NCBI GenBank assembly: GCA_034659075.1
Contig: JAYEGM010000194.1
Span: forward strand, 10,577 to 67,625
Length of the DNA: 57,049 bases
Reading direction: 5' to 3'
From: Pseudomonadota bacterium
GTDB lineage: Bacteria > Pseudomonadota > Gammaproteobacteria > BMS3Bbin11
Shown: one piece after another, positions 9,049 through 18,379 of the stretch
How the letters are laid out: each line of letters starts with the position of its first letter
Position numbering within the stretch: position 1 is the first letter of the stretch
Position numbers and translations under genes: made by a program
The notes under the pieces: model-generated
Told to the model about the DNA's origin: nothing
Database searches by the model: none
What the model saw: the letters and a program-made list of their open reading frames with translations, nothing else

Positions 9049-10617
9049 TTGTCGGGTAAGTATTCCAGTAAAGGGTTGAAGCGGCTGGCACTTTTCGGCG
9101 GAGCGCTAACGCTAACGGCATGCACAACCCTGGGACCAGATTACCAGGAACCTGATGTGGCCTGGCTTAAAGACTGGCAGCCTTCAGCCTATGGAATGTC
9201 GGCTGACCAGTCTGCTCAAAAGCAGGTGGATTTGCGATTCTGGTGGAAAACCTTTAATGACCCCGCTCTAAACAAGTTGATTGCAGCCGTCAGGCAGGAA
9301 AATATCCAGCTGCGTGTCGCAGGCTTACGGGTTTTCGAGAGCATGGCCGTACTTGGCATAGCAGGCAGCGCTCTGTATCCGCAGCTGCAGCAGGTTGGCG
9401 GTGGGGTGAATTATGTCAATAACCAGTTTCAGGGTGGTACTGCTCCTGCAGGTGACCAGAGCTTTGGAGCCTACAATATTGGCTTCACTCTCGGCTGGGA
9501 GCTTGATTTCTGGGGTCGATTCAAACGCGGTATCGAATCGGCAGACGCCGCTTTTTTTGCCTCTATAGCCAATCAGCAGGATGCCCAGGTACTGGTCAGC
9601 GCACAGGCCGCTGATCTCTATTTTGCTTACCGGGTTAATGAAGCGCGCATAGATATTGCGAATAAAAATGCTGAAATTCAGAAGCGAAGTTATGAAATAA
9701 CGGAAACCTTATATAGAAACGGTGAACAATCAGAACTGGACCTGCAACAGGCAAAAACGCAATACCTGGCGACCTTATCAAGTATCCCTGAGCTGGAGAT
9801 ATCCCTGCTGAAGATCAGAAATTCACTGGCGGTTCTGCTCGGCCGTGCGCCAGGTGATTTGCCTGAATTTAATACAACGGATTACAAGCTTCCCGTCATC
9901 GCACCTGAAAGCGTGCAGAAATTTCCTGCCAGCCTGCTTAACCGCCGCCCGGATGTTCGCGCTGCCGCCTGGCTGATAGCTGCCCAGTCGGCGCAAATCG
10001 GTATCGCAGAGGCCGACTATTATCCAGCCATTTCCCTGTTGGGCAGTTTAGGCTGGTCGGGTAACAGTTTGAGTGGAAGTTCGAATACAGGCAGTTTGCT
10101 GCTGGGCCCGGGGTTCAAGTGGAACATCTTTGATTATGGCCGTATTGAAAACAATATACGGGTGCAGGATGCAAAACTTCAGCAGTTGATCGAATCCTAT
10201 CAGAACTCTGTTCTACTGGCCGCCAGGGAAGTGGATGATGCGGCCTACAGCATACAGAAAACAGCCGAACAGGAAGTAATAATCGATATGGCGGTAGAGG
10301 CATCGGAACGGGCCCTGGAAATTGCTAACACAAGGTATCGCGAAGGTTACGCCGATTTCCAGCGTGTGCTCGATGCCCAGCGCTCTATGTTCGCACAGGC
10401 TGAACGTCAGCTGCTTACCCAGGGCGTTTATATTAGCTCGGTGATAAATTTATATAAGGGCCTGGGTGGTGGCTGGACAGAAACGCCGATACCTGAGCTG
10501 ATCCCCGAAGAAACAAGAAAAACACTGCAGGACCGCACCGACTGGGGTGATTTACTCAGTACGCCAATAACGGAATTAAAGACTAATCCAGTACCAGCTC
10601 AAGAGAGTTCACAATAA
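9049..10617 (+). CDS. efflux transporter outer-membrane factor, NodT/OprM-type lipoprotein
   Basis: 522 aa. Signal peptide with lipobox LTAC. Two-repeat OMF architecture. Non-ATG start: TTG at 9049 or in-frame TTG at 9076. Confidence 0.88.
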   Translation: MSGKYSSKGLKRLALFGGALTLTACTTLGPDYQEPDVAWLKDWQPSAYGMSADQSAQKQVDLRFWWKTFNDPALNKLIAAVRQENIQLRVAGLRVFESMAVLGIAGSALYPQLQQVGGGVNYVNNQFQGGTAPAGDQSFGAYNIGFTLGWELDFWGRFKRGIESADAAFFASIANQQDAQVLVSAQAADLYFAYRVNEARIDIANKNAEIQKRSYEITETLYRNGEQSELDLQQAKTQYLATLSSIPELEISLLKIRNSLAVLLGRAPGDLPEFNTTDYKLPVIAPESVQKFPASLLNRRPDVRAAAWLIAAQSAQIGIAEADYYPAISLLGSLGWSGNSLSGSSNTGSLLLGPGFKWNIFDYGRIENNIRVQDAKLQQLIESYQNSVLLAAREVDDAAYSIQKTAEQEVIIDMAVEASERALEIANTRYREGYADFQRVLDAQRSMFAQAERQLLTQGVYISSVINLYKGLGGGWTETPIPELIPEETRKTLQDRTDWGDLLSTPITELKTNPVPAQESSQ

Positions 10618-11714
10618 TGAGTGATGAAGAAAATACCGCACCTGAAACTGTAAAGAAAGGAACTGCCGGCATCCTGCTGGTGATATTTATAAGTCTGACC
10701 TGGTATCTGACTTCTGACCGTTACACACCTTACACACAACAGGCGCGGATTCAGGGTTTTGTCGTCGGTGTCTCACCCAAGGTCGCGGGAGTAGTGACCA
10801 AGGTATGGGTTAAAAATAATGAAACCGTTGTAGCTGACCAGCCCTTATTTGAGATTGACCGCTCCCAATATGAGATCGCTCTGAAACAGGCCCAGTCTGG
10901 CCTTGAAAATACACAAAACCAGATAGGTGCGGGTACTGCCGGGGTCGAGTCTGCAGAAGCAAATCTTCTCGCGGCTAAAGCCAATGAAAAAAAAGCAGAA
11001 CAGGATGCAACACGCCAGGAGCGTTTGTACAAAGAAGACAAGGGCGCTATATCTGTGCGGCGACTGGAGATGGCACGCGCTACTTTAGCGCAAACGCAGG
11101 CGAATGTTTCAGCAGCCAGTGCAGAAGTCGAGCGTGCCAAAGAGCAAAAAGGCGGCGAGGGTGAGGATAATGCCCAGCTTAAATCAGCACTCAGCGCACT
11201 GGAGAAAGCCACTCTTGATCTTGAGAACACCGTGGTCAGGGCAAGTTCACGTGGAGTGATTACCGATCTACGTGCAGATGTCGGCCAGTTTGCCGGTACC
11301 GGCAACCCGGTAATGACACTGATCGCGATCCAGGATTTCTGGATCAGTGCAGAATTTACTGAAAATAATTTAGGGCACATGGAGGTGGGGACGCCTGTGG
11401 AAATTGTTGTCGATGCTATTCCCGGTAGTGTATTTAAGGGTAGCGTCCACAGCATTGGCCTGGGCGTTGCAGCAGGGCAGCCACCACCTGCTGGAAACCT
11501 GCCTACTATCGACAATAATCGAGACTGGCTGCGTCAGTCGCAACGTTACCCGGTCATGATTAAAATTGACCCGGCTCAGAGTGAAGAACTGCGTGATCAC
11601 GTACGCATCGGTGGCCAGGTGGAAGTCATGGCCTATACTGAGAAAGCCTGGCTGCTGAAGTTGATAGGAAAAATGTATATCCGTGTGATGAGTCTGTTCT
11701 CTTATGCCTATTAA
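10617..11714 (+). CDS. HlyD family membrane fusion protein
   Basis: 365 aa. N-terminal TM, lipoyl-like hairpin (VTKVWVKNNETVVADQPLFEID), long coiled coil, beta-barrel C-terminus. The start overlaps the upstream stop by 1 nt. Confidence 0.88.
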   Translation: MSDEENTAPETVKKGTAGILLVIFISLTWYLTSDRYTPYTQQARIQGFVVGVSPKVAGVVTKVWVKNNETVVADQPLFEIDRSQYEIALKQAQSGLENTQNQIGAGTAGVESAEANLLAAKANEKKAEQDATRQERLYKEDKGAISVRRLEMARATLAQTQANVSAASAEVERAKEQKGGEGEDNAQLKSALSALEKATLDLENTVVRASSRGVITDLRADVGQFAGTGNPVMTLIAIQDFWISAEFTENNLGHMEVGTPVEIVVDAIPGSVFKGSVHSIGLGVAAGQPPPAGNLPTIDNNRDWLRQSQRYPVMIKIDPAQSEELRDHVRIGGQVEVMAYTEKAWLLKLIGKMYIRVMSLFSYAY

Positions 11715-11752
11715 GGGTGCCCTGAATATAACCAGCACTGGGAAAATTTGAA

Positions 11753-12781
11753 GTGCATATCCAGGCGCGACGTATATTTCGTTTAAGCGCTATCCCGGCA
11801 CTGACCCTGGCTGTCGCCTATGCCCTGAAACTGCCACTGCCATTTATTGCGCCCCTGTTTGCCTTCATGTTTGCCGCACAACCGGGGCCGCCCATGGGGG
11901 CGAAGAGTTTGCTGGGATTGCTTGTAGTAGTGTGTATAACCTGTGGTGTGGGGTTATTGCTGATACCCCTGTTGCTGCATTATCAGTTCACCGCATTTTT
12001 GCTGGTGGCCGTGGGTCTGTACTTTAGTACTTACCTTACTGTTCATAAGGGCAAGGCATTATTTGGAACCTTTCTTACCATCGGCTTCACCCTGATTTCT
12101 GCTGCAGGGACCGTCAGTTACAGTCTCGCTATTATGGTTATTCAAGGCCTTGCCGTGGGTATCGGCGTTGCTGTTTTGTGCCAGTGGGTAATTTACCCGT
12201 GGTTTCCAGAAGACTCCGCACCAGCCGGCAAGAAGCCTGCTGCTGATCCGACGACAGACCAGTCCAACTGGATTGCCCTGCGTAGTACAGCAATCGTGCT
12301 GCCTGTCTACTGGCTGGTGTTGACCAATCCACTGGCTTACCTGGCCATAGTCATGAAAGCCGTATTACTGGGTCAGCAAACTTCAATGGTCGAGGCAAAG
12401 GATGCGGGCAGGGAACTGCTGGGCTCCACCTTTCTGGGGGGTGTTTTTGCCGTTCTATTCTGGAGCCTGCTGGGGATCTCCACCAATTTGTGGATGTTCT
12501 TTTTATGGATGTTATTAGCCTGCCTGTATTTTGCCTGTAAGATATACCAGCTTATCCCAACCCGCTACCCAGCTTCCTACTGGCTTAACGTGGCAATGAC
12601 AATGTTGATAATGTTAGGCCCTGCTGTTGAAGACAGTGCCGGAGGTAATGATGTCTATGCAGCATTTTTCATTCGCATGGGGCTATTCATCTGTGTGACT
12701 TTGTATGCCTTGCTGGCCCTGTACTTTCTGGAATATCTGCGTACTCGCAGTCGTCAAAAACAGGTGCTATCCCCCCTATAA
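11753..12781 (+). CDS. polytopic inner-membrane protein, DUF2955/FUSC-like putative efflux component
   Basis: 342 aa, about 9-10 hydrophobic helices, no ATPase motifs. It sits after the OMF and MFP genes, where the AaeB/MdtO-type partner would be. GTG start. Confidence 0.6.
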   Translation: MHIQARRIFRLSAIPALTLAVAYALKLPLPFIAPLFAFMFAAQPGPPMGAKSLLGLLVVVCITCGVGLLLIPLLLHYQFTAFLLVAVGLYFSTYLTVHKGKALFGTFLTIGFTLISAAGTVSYSLAIMVIQGLAVGIGVAVLCQWVIYPWFPEDSAPAGKKPAADPTTDQSNWIALRSTAIVLPVYWLVLTNPLAYLAIVMKAVLLGQQTSMVEAKDAGRELLGSTFLGGVFAVLFWSLLGISTNLWMFFLWMLLACLYFACKIYQLIPTRYPASYWLNVAMTMLIMLGPAVEDSAGGNDVYAAFFIRMGLFICVTLYALLALYFLEYLRTRSRQKQVLSPL

Positions 12782-12799
12782 TGAACCGGAGTTATTTCA

Positions 12800-13243
12800 A
12801 TGCTAACTAATTTCCTGCTTGGCTTGCCGATGATGGTGTTGTGTTTAATGCTGCAAACTGTATTGCTGGTGTTTGCAATTCGTTACTATCTTAAGCGCCA
12901 GTATAAGGTGAATAGGTCTTCACTCTGGTCCAGCCTGTTTGTAATCAATGGTGTAATGCTTTTGCTGGTAATTGGTAACCTCGGGCAGATTGCCCTGTGG
13001 GCATGGTTGTTTATGCTACTCGAGGAATTCCAACAGTTTGATATTGCCTTTTATCACTCTGCAGTAAACTTTGGTTCTCTAGGTTATGGCGATATTGTCA
13101 TGTCAGAAGACCATAAACTACTTGGTGCCCTTGAAGCCATCAATGGTGTGCTGATGATTGGTGTCTCTACTGCCGCACTGATGACGGTGTTTCAGAGTGT
13201 GACGAGGAAAATTTTTGCGGCACACGGAGCGAGCAGTCAATAA
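12800..13243 (+). CDS. small potassium-channel-like protein (ion transport 2 family)
   Basis: 147 aa. TM helices flank a pore-loop sequence, GSLGYGDIV, which resembles the K+ selectivity filter TVGYGD. Confidence 0.7.
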   Translation: MLTNFLLGLPMMVLCLMLQTVLLVFAIRYYLKRQYKVNRSSLWSSLFVINGVMLLLVIGNLGQIALWAWLFMLLEEFQQFDIAFYHSAVNFGSLGYGDIVMSEDHKLLGALEAINGVLMIGVSTAALMTVFQSVTRKIFAAHGASSQ

Positions 13244-13379
13244 AATAGCAAGGTTCTGAGGACGTACAGGTTATATTAAACCTGTAAAAGCAGTTCCTGA
13301 GCTAAACGAAACTCATAAGCTTCACAAAAATCAGACTTTCCGGATAATGACTATGCTGGCGAGTGATAATGAAAAAAAT

Positions 13380-14345
13380 CTATAAAGTCTGGCCAACACG
13401 GTTAGCGATCTCGCCAGCAAGATAAGATCGGATGTTATCTGCAATCTGATCAACCAGACGCTGCCGACTCTGCCTGCTGGCCCATGCTATATGCGGTGTG
13501 ATGATCAGGTTTGGGAAGTTTGCTTCTAACAATGGGTTGCCATCAACAGGTGGTTCTGTTGTCAGCACGTCAATACCTGCTCCGCCTATATGCTTCTGTT
13601 TCAATGCATCAGCCAGGGCCTTTTCATCAACAATGCCGCCACGGGCAGTGTTGATCAACAGGGCGTCTGGTTTCATTAAAGAAAGTTCGTGCTCTCCGAT
13701 CAGGTTTCTGGTTTGTTCATTCAGGGGCAGATGGATAGTCAGGATGTCAGCACAAGCAAGCAGGTCTTCCAGTTCCAGCCGATTCGTGTCCTGCTGCCCC
13801 TGCAGGTGCTGGCAGATGAGGACTCTCAGTCCCAGTGCAGGCGCCACTTTTGCAACGGATTTTCCCAGAGTGCCATAGCCGATAATGCCCAGTGTTTTGC
13901 CGGCAATCTCTTCAACAGGATAGTCCAGCAGACAAAAATTTTTACTGCGTTGCCAGTCTCCGTTATGTACCGCAGAACTGTAGTTCATCAGTTTTGTAGA
14001 AAGTGCCAGGATCAGGGCATAAACATGCTGAACAACTGACGGGGTTGCGTAGCCTCTAACATTAGAAACAGCTATAGCTTTTGCATTCGCAGCATCAATA
14101 TCGATATGGTTGAAACCGGTGGCAGCAGCACAGAGGTATTTTAATTTGGACGCATAGGAAAGTGCGTCAGCATTTAACCCGCATTTATTGGTAACAATTA
14201 TTTCAGCATCTTTGATGCGATCATCTAATTCAACAGTAGTTGTAGATGGGTAGAACTCCCAGGCCAGAGGTAGCTCTTCCAGTGCTGACAATGATAGTTC
14301 ATCAGGGCCTATGGTTGAGAGGTCGAGAAAAATAGCCTTATTCAT
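13380..14345 (-). CDS. D-2-hydroxyacid dehydrogenase (glycerate dehydrogenase-like)
   Basis: 321 aa. NAD-binding GIIGYGTLGKSVA. The TARG...D...TPHIAWAS pattern of D-isomer-specific 2-hydroxyacid dehydrogenases. Confidence 0.88.
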   Translation of the reverse strand: MNKAIFLDLSTIGPDELSLSALEELPLAWEFYPSTTTVELDDRIKDAEIIVTNKCGLNADALSYASKLKYLCAAATGFNHIDIDAANAKAIAVSNVRGYATPSVVQHVYALILALSTKLMNYSSAVHNGDWQRSKNFCLLDYPVEEIAGKTLGIIGYGTLGKSVAKVAPALGLRVLICQHLQGQQDTNRLELEDLLACADILTIHLPLNEQTRNLIGEHELSLMKPDALLINTARGGIVDEKALADALKQKHIGGAGIDVLTTEPPVDGNPLLEANFPNLIITPHIAWASRQSRQRLVDQIADNIRSYLAGEIANRVGQTL

Positions 14346-14484
14346 AATGTTTTCTAGTTAAATGGGCGCAGTGTGCTAGATTTACAAAAAGAACACACTT
14401 TTTCTGGCTGGTCAGTGTACTGCATAAATGGCCTGTAATCATCGTGCAAGCCGGCAATCTTGAACTGTATCTGACAAGTATTTT

Positions 14485-14512
14485 CCTTGTAAGGATTACA
14501 AGGTCTTTTTTT
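14485..14512 (+). terminator. intrinsic-terminator-like hairpin with U-tract, no upstream plus-strand gene
   Basis: CCTTGTAA (14485-14492), loop GGA, TTACAAGG (14496-14503), then TC and T x7 (14506-14512). Confidence 0.5.
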
Positions 14513-14555
14513 AAATTGCCTTAATCTGTATGGTAATATCGAAAAAGGCTGGCGC

Positions 14556-15704
14556 ATGGCCGACATTTATAGTATGAAACTTTATTGTATGATGCCAGTA
14601 CAGAGAAAAATGACTGCAATTGATACTAAGCCTGGCTTAGCGGGAGTTTCCGTGCCTGACAAAAAATCTCTTGTGGTTATCGTTGATGACCAGAGTACTG
14701 GCAGAAAGATTCTTGCGCAGATCATTAGAGATATCGACTCGGATATTGCTGTCAAGGTGTTTAGTTCACCGATAGATGCGCTGGAGTATGTTCTTTCCCA
14801 CACTCCAGACCTGATCCTGACCGACTACAAAATGCCGGTCATGGATGGCGTGCAATTTATCCGCGAGATCCGGGCGATCAGTGATTGCCGGGATGTTCCT
14901 GTTGTTGTTGTGACTGTCGTCGAGGACCGTTCGGTTCGTTATCAGGCGCTTGATGCCGGTGCGACTGACTTTCTGACCAGGCCGATTGACCAGTATGAGT
15001 GCCGGGCCCGCTGCAGGAACCTGCTGACACTACGGCGGCAGCAGAAAATTATCTGCGATCGGGCAAAGTGGCTGGAAGTGCAGGTTGCAAAAGGAACCCG
15101 TGAAATCAAGGCTCGCGAACGGGAAACGCTGCTGCGACTTGCGAAGGCAGGTGAGTACCGGGATGAAGGTACCGGTAATCATGTTCTGCGTATAGCGCGC
15201 TACACACGTTTGCTCGCCGAAGCCTTGCAACTGCCGCTCTGTGACTGTGAGGAATTAGAGCTGGCCGCTCCGATGCACGATATTGGCAAAGTGGGGATAC
15301 CTGACAGTATTCTTTTGAAAGAAGGGCCGCTGAATGAGCAGGAAATGGACATAATGCGGGAGCATCCCGGTATTGGTCATGAAATCCTCAAGGATAGCCC
15401 GTCCCGCTATATCAGTCTGGGTGCCGAGATTGCTCTTTCTCACCATGAAAAGTACGATGGCACGGGTTACCCGAACGCCCTGAAGGGCGATGCCATTTCT
15501 CTGGCAGGACGCATCGTGGCGGTCGTCGATGTGTTTGATGCACTGACTACCCGGCGTCCCTATAAGAAAGCATGGCCCCTGGAAGATGCTGTGGACTATA
15601 TACGCAATTCATCGGGCTCACACATGGATCCAGATGTCGTTGAGGCATTCCTTGATAACCTCGAAAAGATCAGGAAAATCAAGGATGAACTCAGTGACGA
15701 TTAG
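14556..15704 (+). CDS. rpfG: response regulator with HD-GYP domain (RpfG-like c-di-GMP phosphodiesterase)
   Basis: REC domain (VVIVDDQ...ILTDYKMPVMDG) followed by HD-GYP motifs (HDIGKVGIP, HHEKYDGTGYP). The start is uncertain: in-frame ATGs at 14556, 14574 and 14610. Confidence 0.85.
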   Translation: MADIYSMKLYCMMPVQRKMTAIDTKPGLAGVSVPDKKSLVVIVDDQSTGRKILAQIIRDIDSDIAVKVFSSPIDALEYVLSHTPDLILTDYKMPVMDGVQFIREIRAISDCRDVPVVVVTVVEDRSVRYQALDAGATDFLTRPIDQYECRARCRNLLTLRRQQKIICDRAKWLEVQVAKGTREIKARERETLLRLAKAGEYRDEGTGNHVLRIARYTRLLAEALQLPLCDCEELELAAPMHDIGKVGIPDSILLKEGPLNEQEMDIMREHPGIGHEILKDSPSRYISLGAEIALSHHEKYDGTGYPNALKGDAISLAGRIVAVVDVFDALTTRRPYKKAWPLEDAVDYIRNSSGSHMDPDVVEAFLDNLEKIRKIKDELSDD

Positions 15705-15760
15705 CTTTAGTTCCGGTGCCTGGCTGAGTGCACAGGTAAACAGCTAAAGCCACCTGCAGC

Positions 15761-18301
15761 ATGAGTAATCGATTTTACAACACGCAGGTCAGGCGCTATC
15801 TGAAGAAATTCAGTGAAGCCGAGCACGGACCGGTGTTCAACCGTGCAACTATCGGTGTGCTCACCTCTCTATATCTGATCTCGCCCTGGTTTTCCGGCAG
15901 TGGCGAGCAACACGATCAGATACTTGCCATTGCCATCGCCTACATATCGGTTGCCATCATCTTATTGATTTCGGTCTTTATTTACCCGGCCATTTCCAGA
16001 TTGCGTCGTTTAGTGGGTGTGGTGGCAGATATAGTCGCCGTCTCGCTAATCCTGTATCTTACCGGTGAAAGCGGGATGCCTCTGGTTGCCGTTTATCTCT
16101 GGGTTATAGTCGGTTACGGTTTTCGCTATGGCCTGAACTATCTTGTTTTGACCACACTCATGAGCCTGGCCTGTTTTTCACTTGTGCTGTGGTATGGCGG
16201 CCTGTGGCAGGCATCTACCAATTTCAGTATTACCATGCTGATTATGCTGACCCTGATACCGTTCTACCTGGGGCTGCTGATTAAGCGGTTGCACATGGCA
16301 ATCGTGCAAGCAAGAGATGCCAGCAAGGCAAAAAGCAAATTCCTTGCCAACATGAGCCATGAGCTGCGCACACCGCTAAATGGTGTTATCGGTATGAGTG
16401 ACCTGCTAAGGGATACCAGTCTGTCCCGCAAGCAGGCGGAACTGGCAAACGGCATTCAGACATCAGCAAGCATTCTGCTAGGCGTAATTGAGAACATCCT
16501 TGATTTTTCCCGTATCGAGGCGGGTAAGGTCGTCATCGAACAGGTCGAATTCGATCTGCATAGCATGGTTTCTGATACAGCCAATCTGTTTGTCTACCAG
16601 GCTCGCGCAAAAGGATTGAAGTTTTCTGCACATATCGATCCCAGTACCCCCTTTTTGCTGAGGGGTGATCCTTTTCATTTACGCCAGGTGCTTATCAATT
16701 TAATCGGCAATGCCATCAAGTTCACATCTGAAGGCAGTATAGAGCTGCGTGTATTGCCAGTCAGTTCAGTAGGTGAAAATGTCCGACTGCGCTTTGAGAT
16801 TGAAGATACCGGGGTGGGTATCGCAGAAAATGATCAGGAAACACTGTTTGAGAGCTTCCAGCAGGTTGATGTTTCAACGACGAGACGCTTCGGCGGTACC
16901 GGACTGGGTACGGCGATCGCCCGCCAGCTGATAGAGCTGATGGATGGAACTATAGGGCTGGATAGCGAGTTGGGTAAGGGAGCCTGCTTCTGGATAGAGG
17001 TCCCGCTGACTGTACAGCAGGTAAGCAGCGAGGCCCGCGAGATACAGATGGGTGATACACGGGCATTGCTGTTGGTGTCTGAGCAGGCCAGGCATAGGTT
17101 TTCCCCTTCATTTAAGCGCTGGGATATGCTTGTGGAGACTGAGGAAACATCCGCCAGAGCTATTGCCCGCCTGATTTCTGCGAGTGAAACCGGGCGTCCG
17201 TTCAGCGTGGTGCTGATAGAGCAGTCGACACTGGATGTTGCAGCCGAGCAATTCGCCCGTGTGATACGCGCTGAGCCATTGCTGGATAGTCTGTCACTGG
17301 TGCTGTTGCAGCATCAGGATGATGCCAGTGATTTCTATTATCTCGGCGAAGGATACTCATCTGTGTTGTGCGCTGTTCCAGAAAGTCGTCTGTTATATAA
17401 CGCTCTGCATGCTGCCCGTGCGGAACATGCCGTTCCGGATAATGTCGTGTCTCTGACTGAACATTATGAGCGCCAGCTGGACGGCCAGGCCAGCAGGCTG
17501 CATATACTGATAGCAGAGGATAACGAAACCAACCAGCAGGTATTACGCGGTATCCTTGAAGGTGTCGGGCACGAGGTCACAATTGTGAGCAACGGTGTGG
17601 CAGCAGTCGATGCTATTGAAGAATTTGAGCCCGGCTATGATTTGATGCTGTTTGATAAGAATATGCCGGAGATGGGAGGGCTGGAAGCGATGAAGGTCTC
17701 TCGATTCATGGATCTCGAGCGACATGTGCCGGTCATTATCCTGACCGCAGATGCGACACAGGCTGCATTAAAGCGCTGTGAAGAAGAAGGGGCAGATGCT
17801 TATCTGACTAAACCCGTAGAGACTCGTAAACTACTGGAAACCATTGCTCGTCTATCACGCAGCGATAGCAGCAGGGCAGCGCATGAATCAGTGCTTACCG
17901 GTGCCGATCAGGATCGCAGGGAGGGTATACATGATGAGCTGCTGGTTGATGAAAAAGTACTTAGTGGCCTGCTGCGGCTGGGATCAGGTATAGAGTTTTT
18001 TGACGAACTGGTGGCAAGCTTTGAACGTGATGCTGAACAGATGCTAAAGAAAATGCGCCGTGCAGTCAGTGAACATGACTATCCTTCCTTGCAGGATGCA
18101 GCGCATGCCCTGCGCGGCAGCGCAGGTGAGTTCGGTGCCTACAAACTGGTCAAGCTATGTGAAGAGGTAAAACAGCTTAAACCGTTTGAGATGGTTGCAG
18201 AAAGGCCTGCGGCCTTAGTTAGGGAAATCCAGCAGATCCTGGACAGCAGTCAGCTGATGCTGGTCGAGTTTGCCCGTCAGCGCCGTCAGGCAAAGAGTTA
18301 G
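15761..18301 (+). CDS. rpfC: hybrid sensor histidine kinase/response regulator with HPt (RpfC-like)
   Basis: 846 aa. N-terminal multi-TM input with YLWVIVGYGFRYG, H-box HELRTPLNG, HATPase (GTGLGTAI), receiver (IAEDNETNQ...LFDKNMPEMGG), and C-terminal HPt (AHALRGSAGEFGA). Confidence 0.85.
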   Translation: MSNRFYNTQVRRYLKKFSEAEHGPVFNRATIGVLTSLYLISPWFSGSGEQHDQILAIAIAYISVAIILLISVFIYPAISRLRRLVGVVADIVAVSLILYLTGESGMPLVAVYLWVIVGYGFRYGLNYLVLTTLMSLACFSLVLWYGGLWQASTNFSITMLIMLTLIPFYLGLLIKRLHMAIVQARDASKAKSKFLANMSHELRTPLNGVIGMSDLLRDTSLSRKQAELANGIQTSASILLGVIENILDFSRIEAGKVVIEQVEFDLHSMVSDTANLFVYQARAKGLKFSAHIDPSTPFLLRGDPFHLRQVLINLIGNAIKFTSEGSIELRVLPVSSVGENVRLRFEIEDTGVGIAENDQETLFESFQQVDVSTTRRFGGTGLGTAIARQLIELMDGTIGLDSELGKGACFWIEVPLTVQQVSSEAREIQMGDTRALLLVSEQARHRFSPSFKRWDMLVETEETSARAIARLISASETGRPFSVVLIEQSTLDVAAEQFARVIRAEPLLDSLSLVLLQHQDDASDFYYLGEGYSSVLCAVPESRLLYNALHAARAEHAVPDNVVSLTEHYERQLDGQASRLHILIAEDNETNQQVLRGILEGVGHEVTIVSNGVAAVDAIEEFEPGYDLMLFDKNMPEMGGLEAMKVSRFMDLERHVPVIILTADATQAALKRCEEEGADAYLTKPVETRKLLETIARLSRSDSSRAAHESVLTGADQDRREGIHDELLVDEKVLSGLLRLGSGIEFFDELVASFERDAEQMLKKMRRAVSEHDYPSLQDAAHALRGSAGEFGAYKLVKLCEEVKQLKPFEMVAERPAALVREIQQILDSSQLMLVEFARQRRQAKS

Positions 18302-18379
18302 CTCTCGGCCGGGCAATTCCTGTCACAGAAGTGCCCGGTATGCCATGAAGCAGGCTTAGTCAGCTATTCTCTCTACATA

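Noticed and set aside
10751-11515. Long antisense ORFs (254 aa here; also 2907-3458, 38389-38940, 53925-54515, 55308-55961, 45853-46266)
   Set aside because: Each is fully embedded opposite a confidently assigned gene, and 55308-55961 spans a gene boundary. Their compositions are Ser/Arg/Pro-rich or otherwise non-protein-like. They are shadow ORFs.
13266-13285. Hairpin ACAGGTT-ATATTA-AACCTGT after the K+-channel gene as a terminator
   Set aside because: It has only a 7-bp AT-rich stem and no U-tract on either strand. That is too weak to call a terminator.
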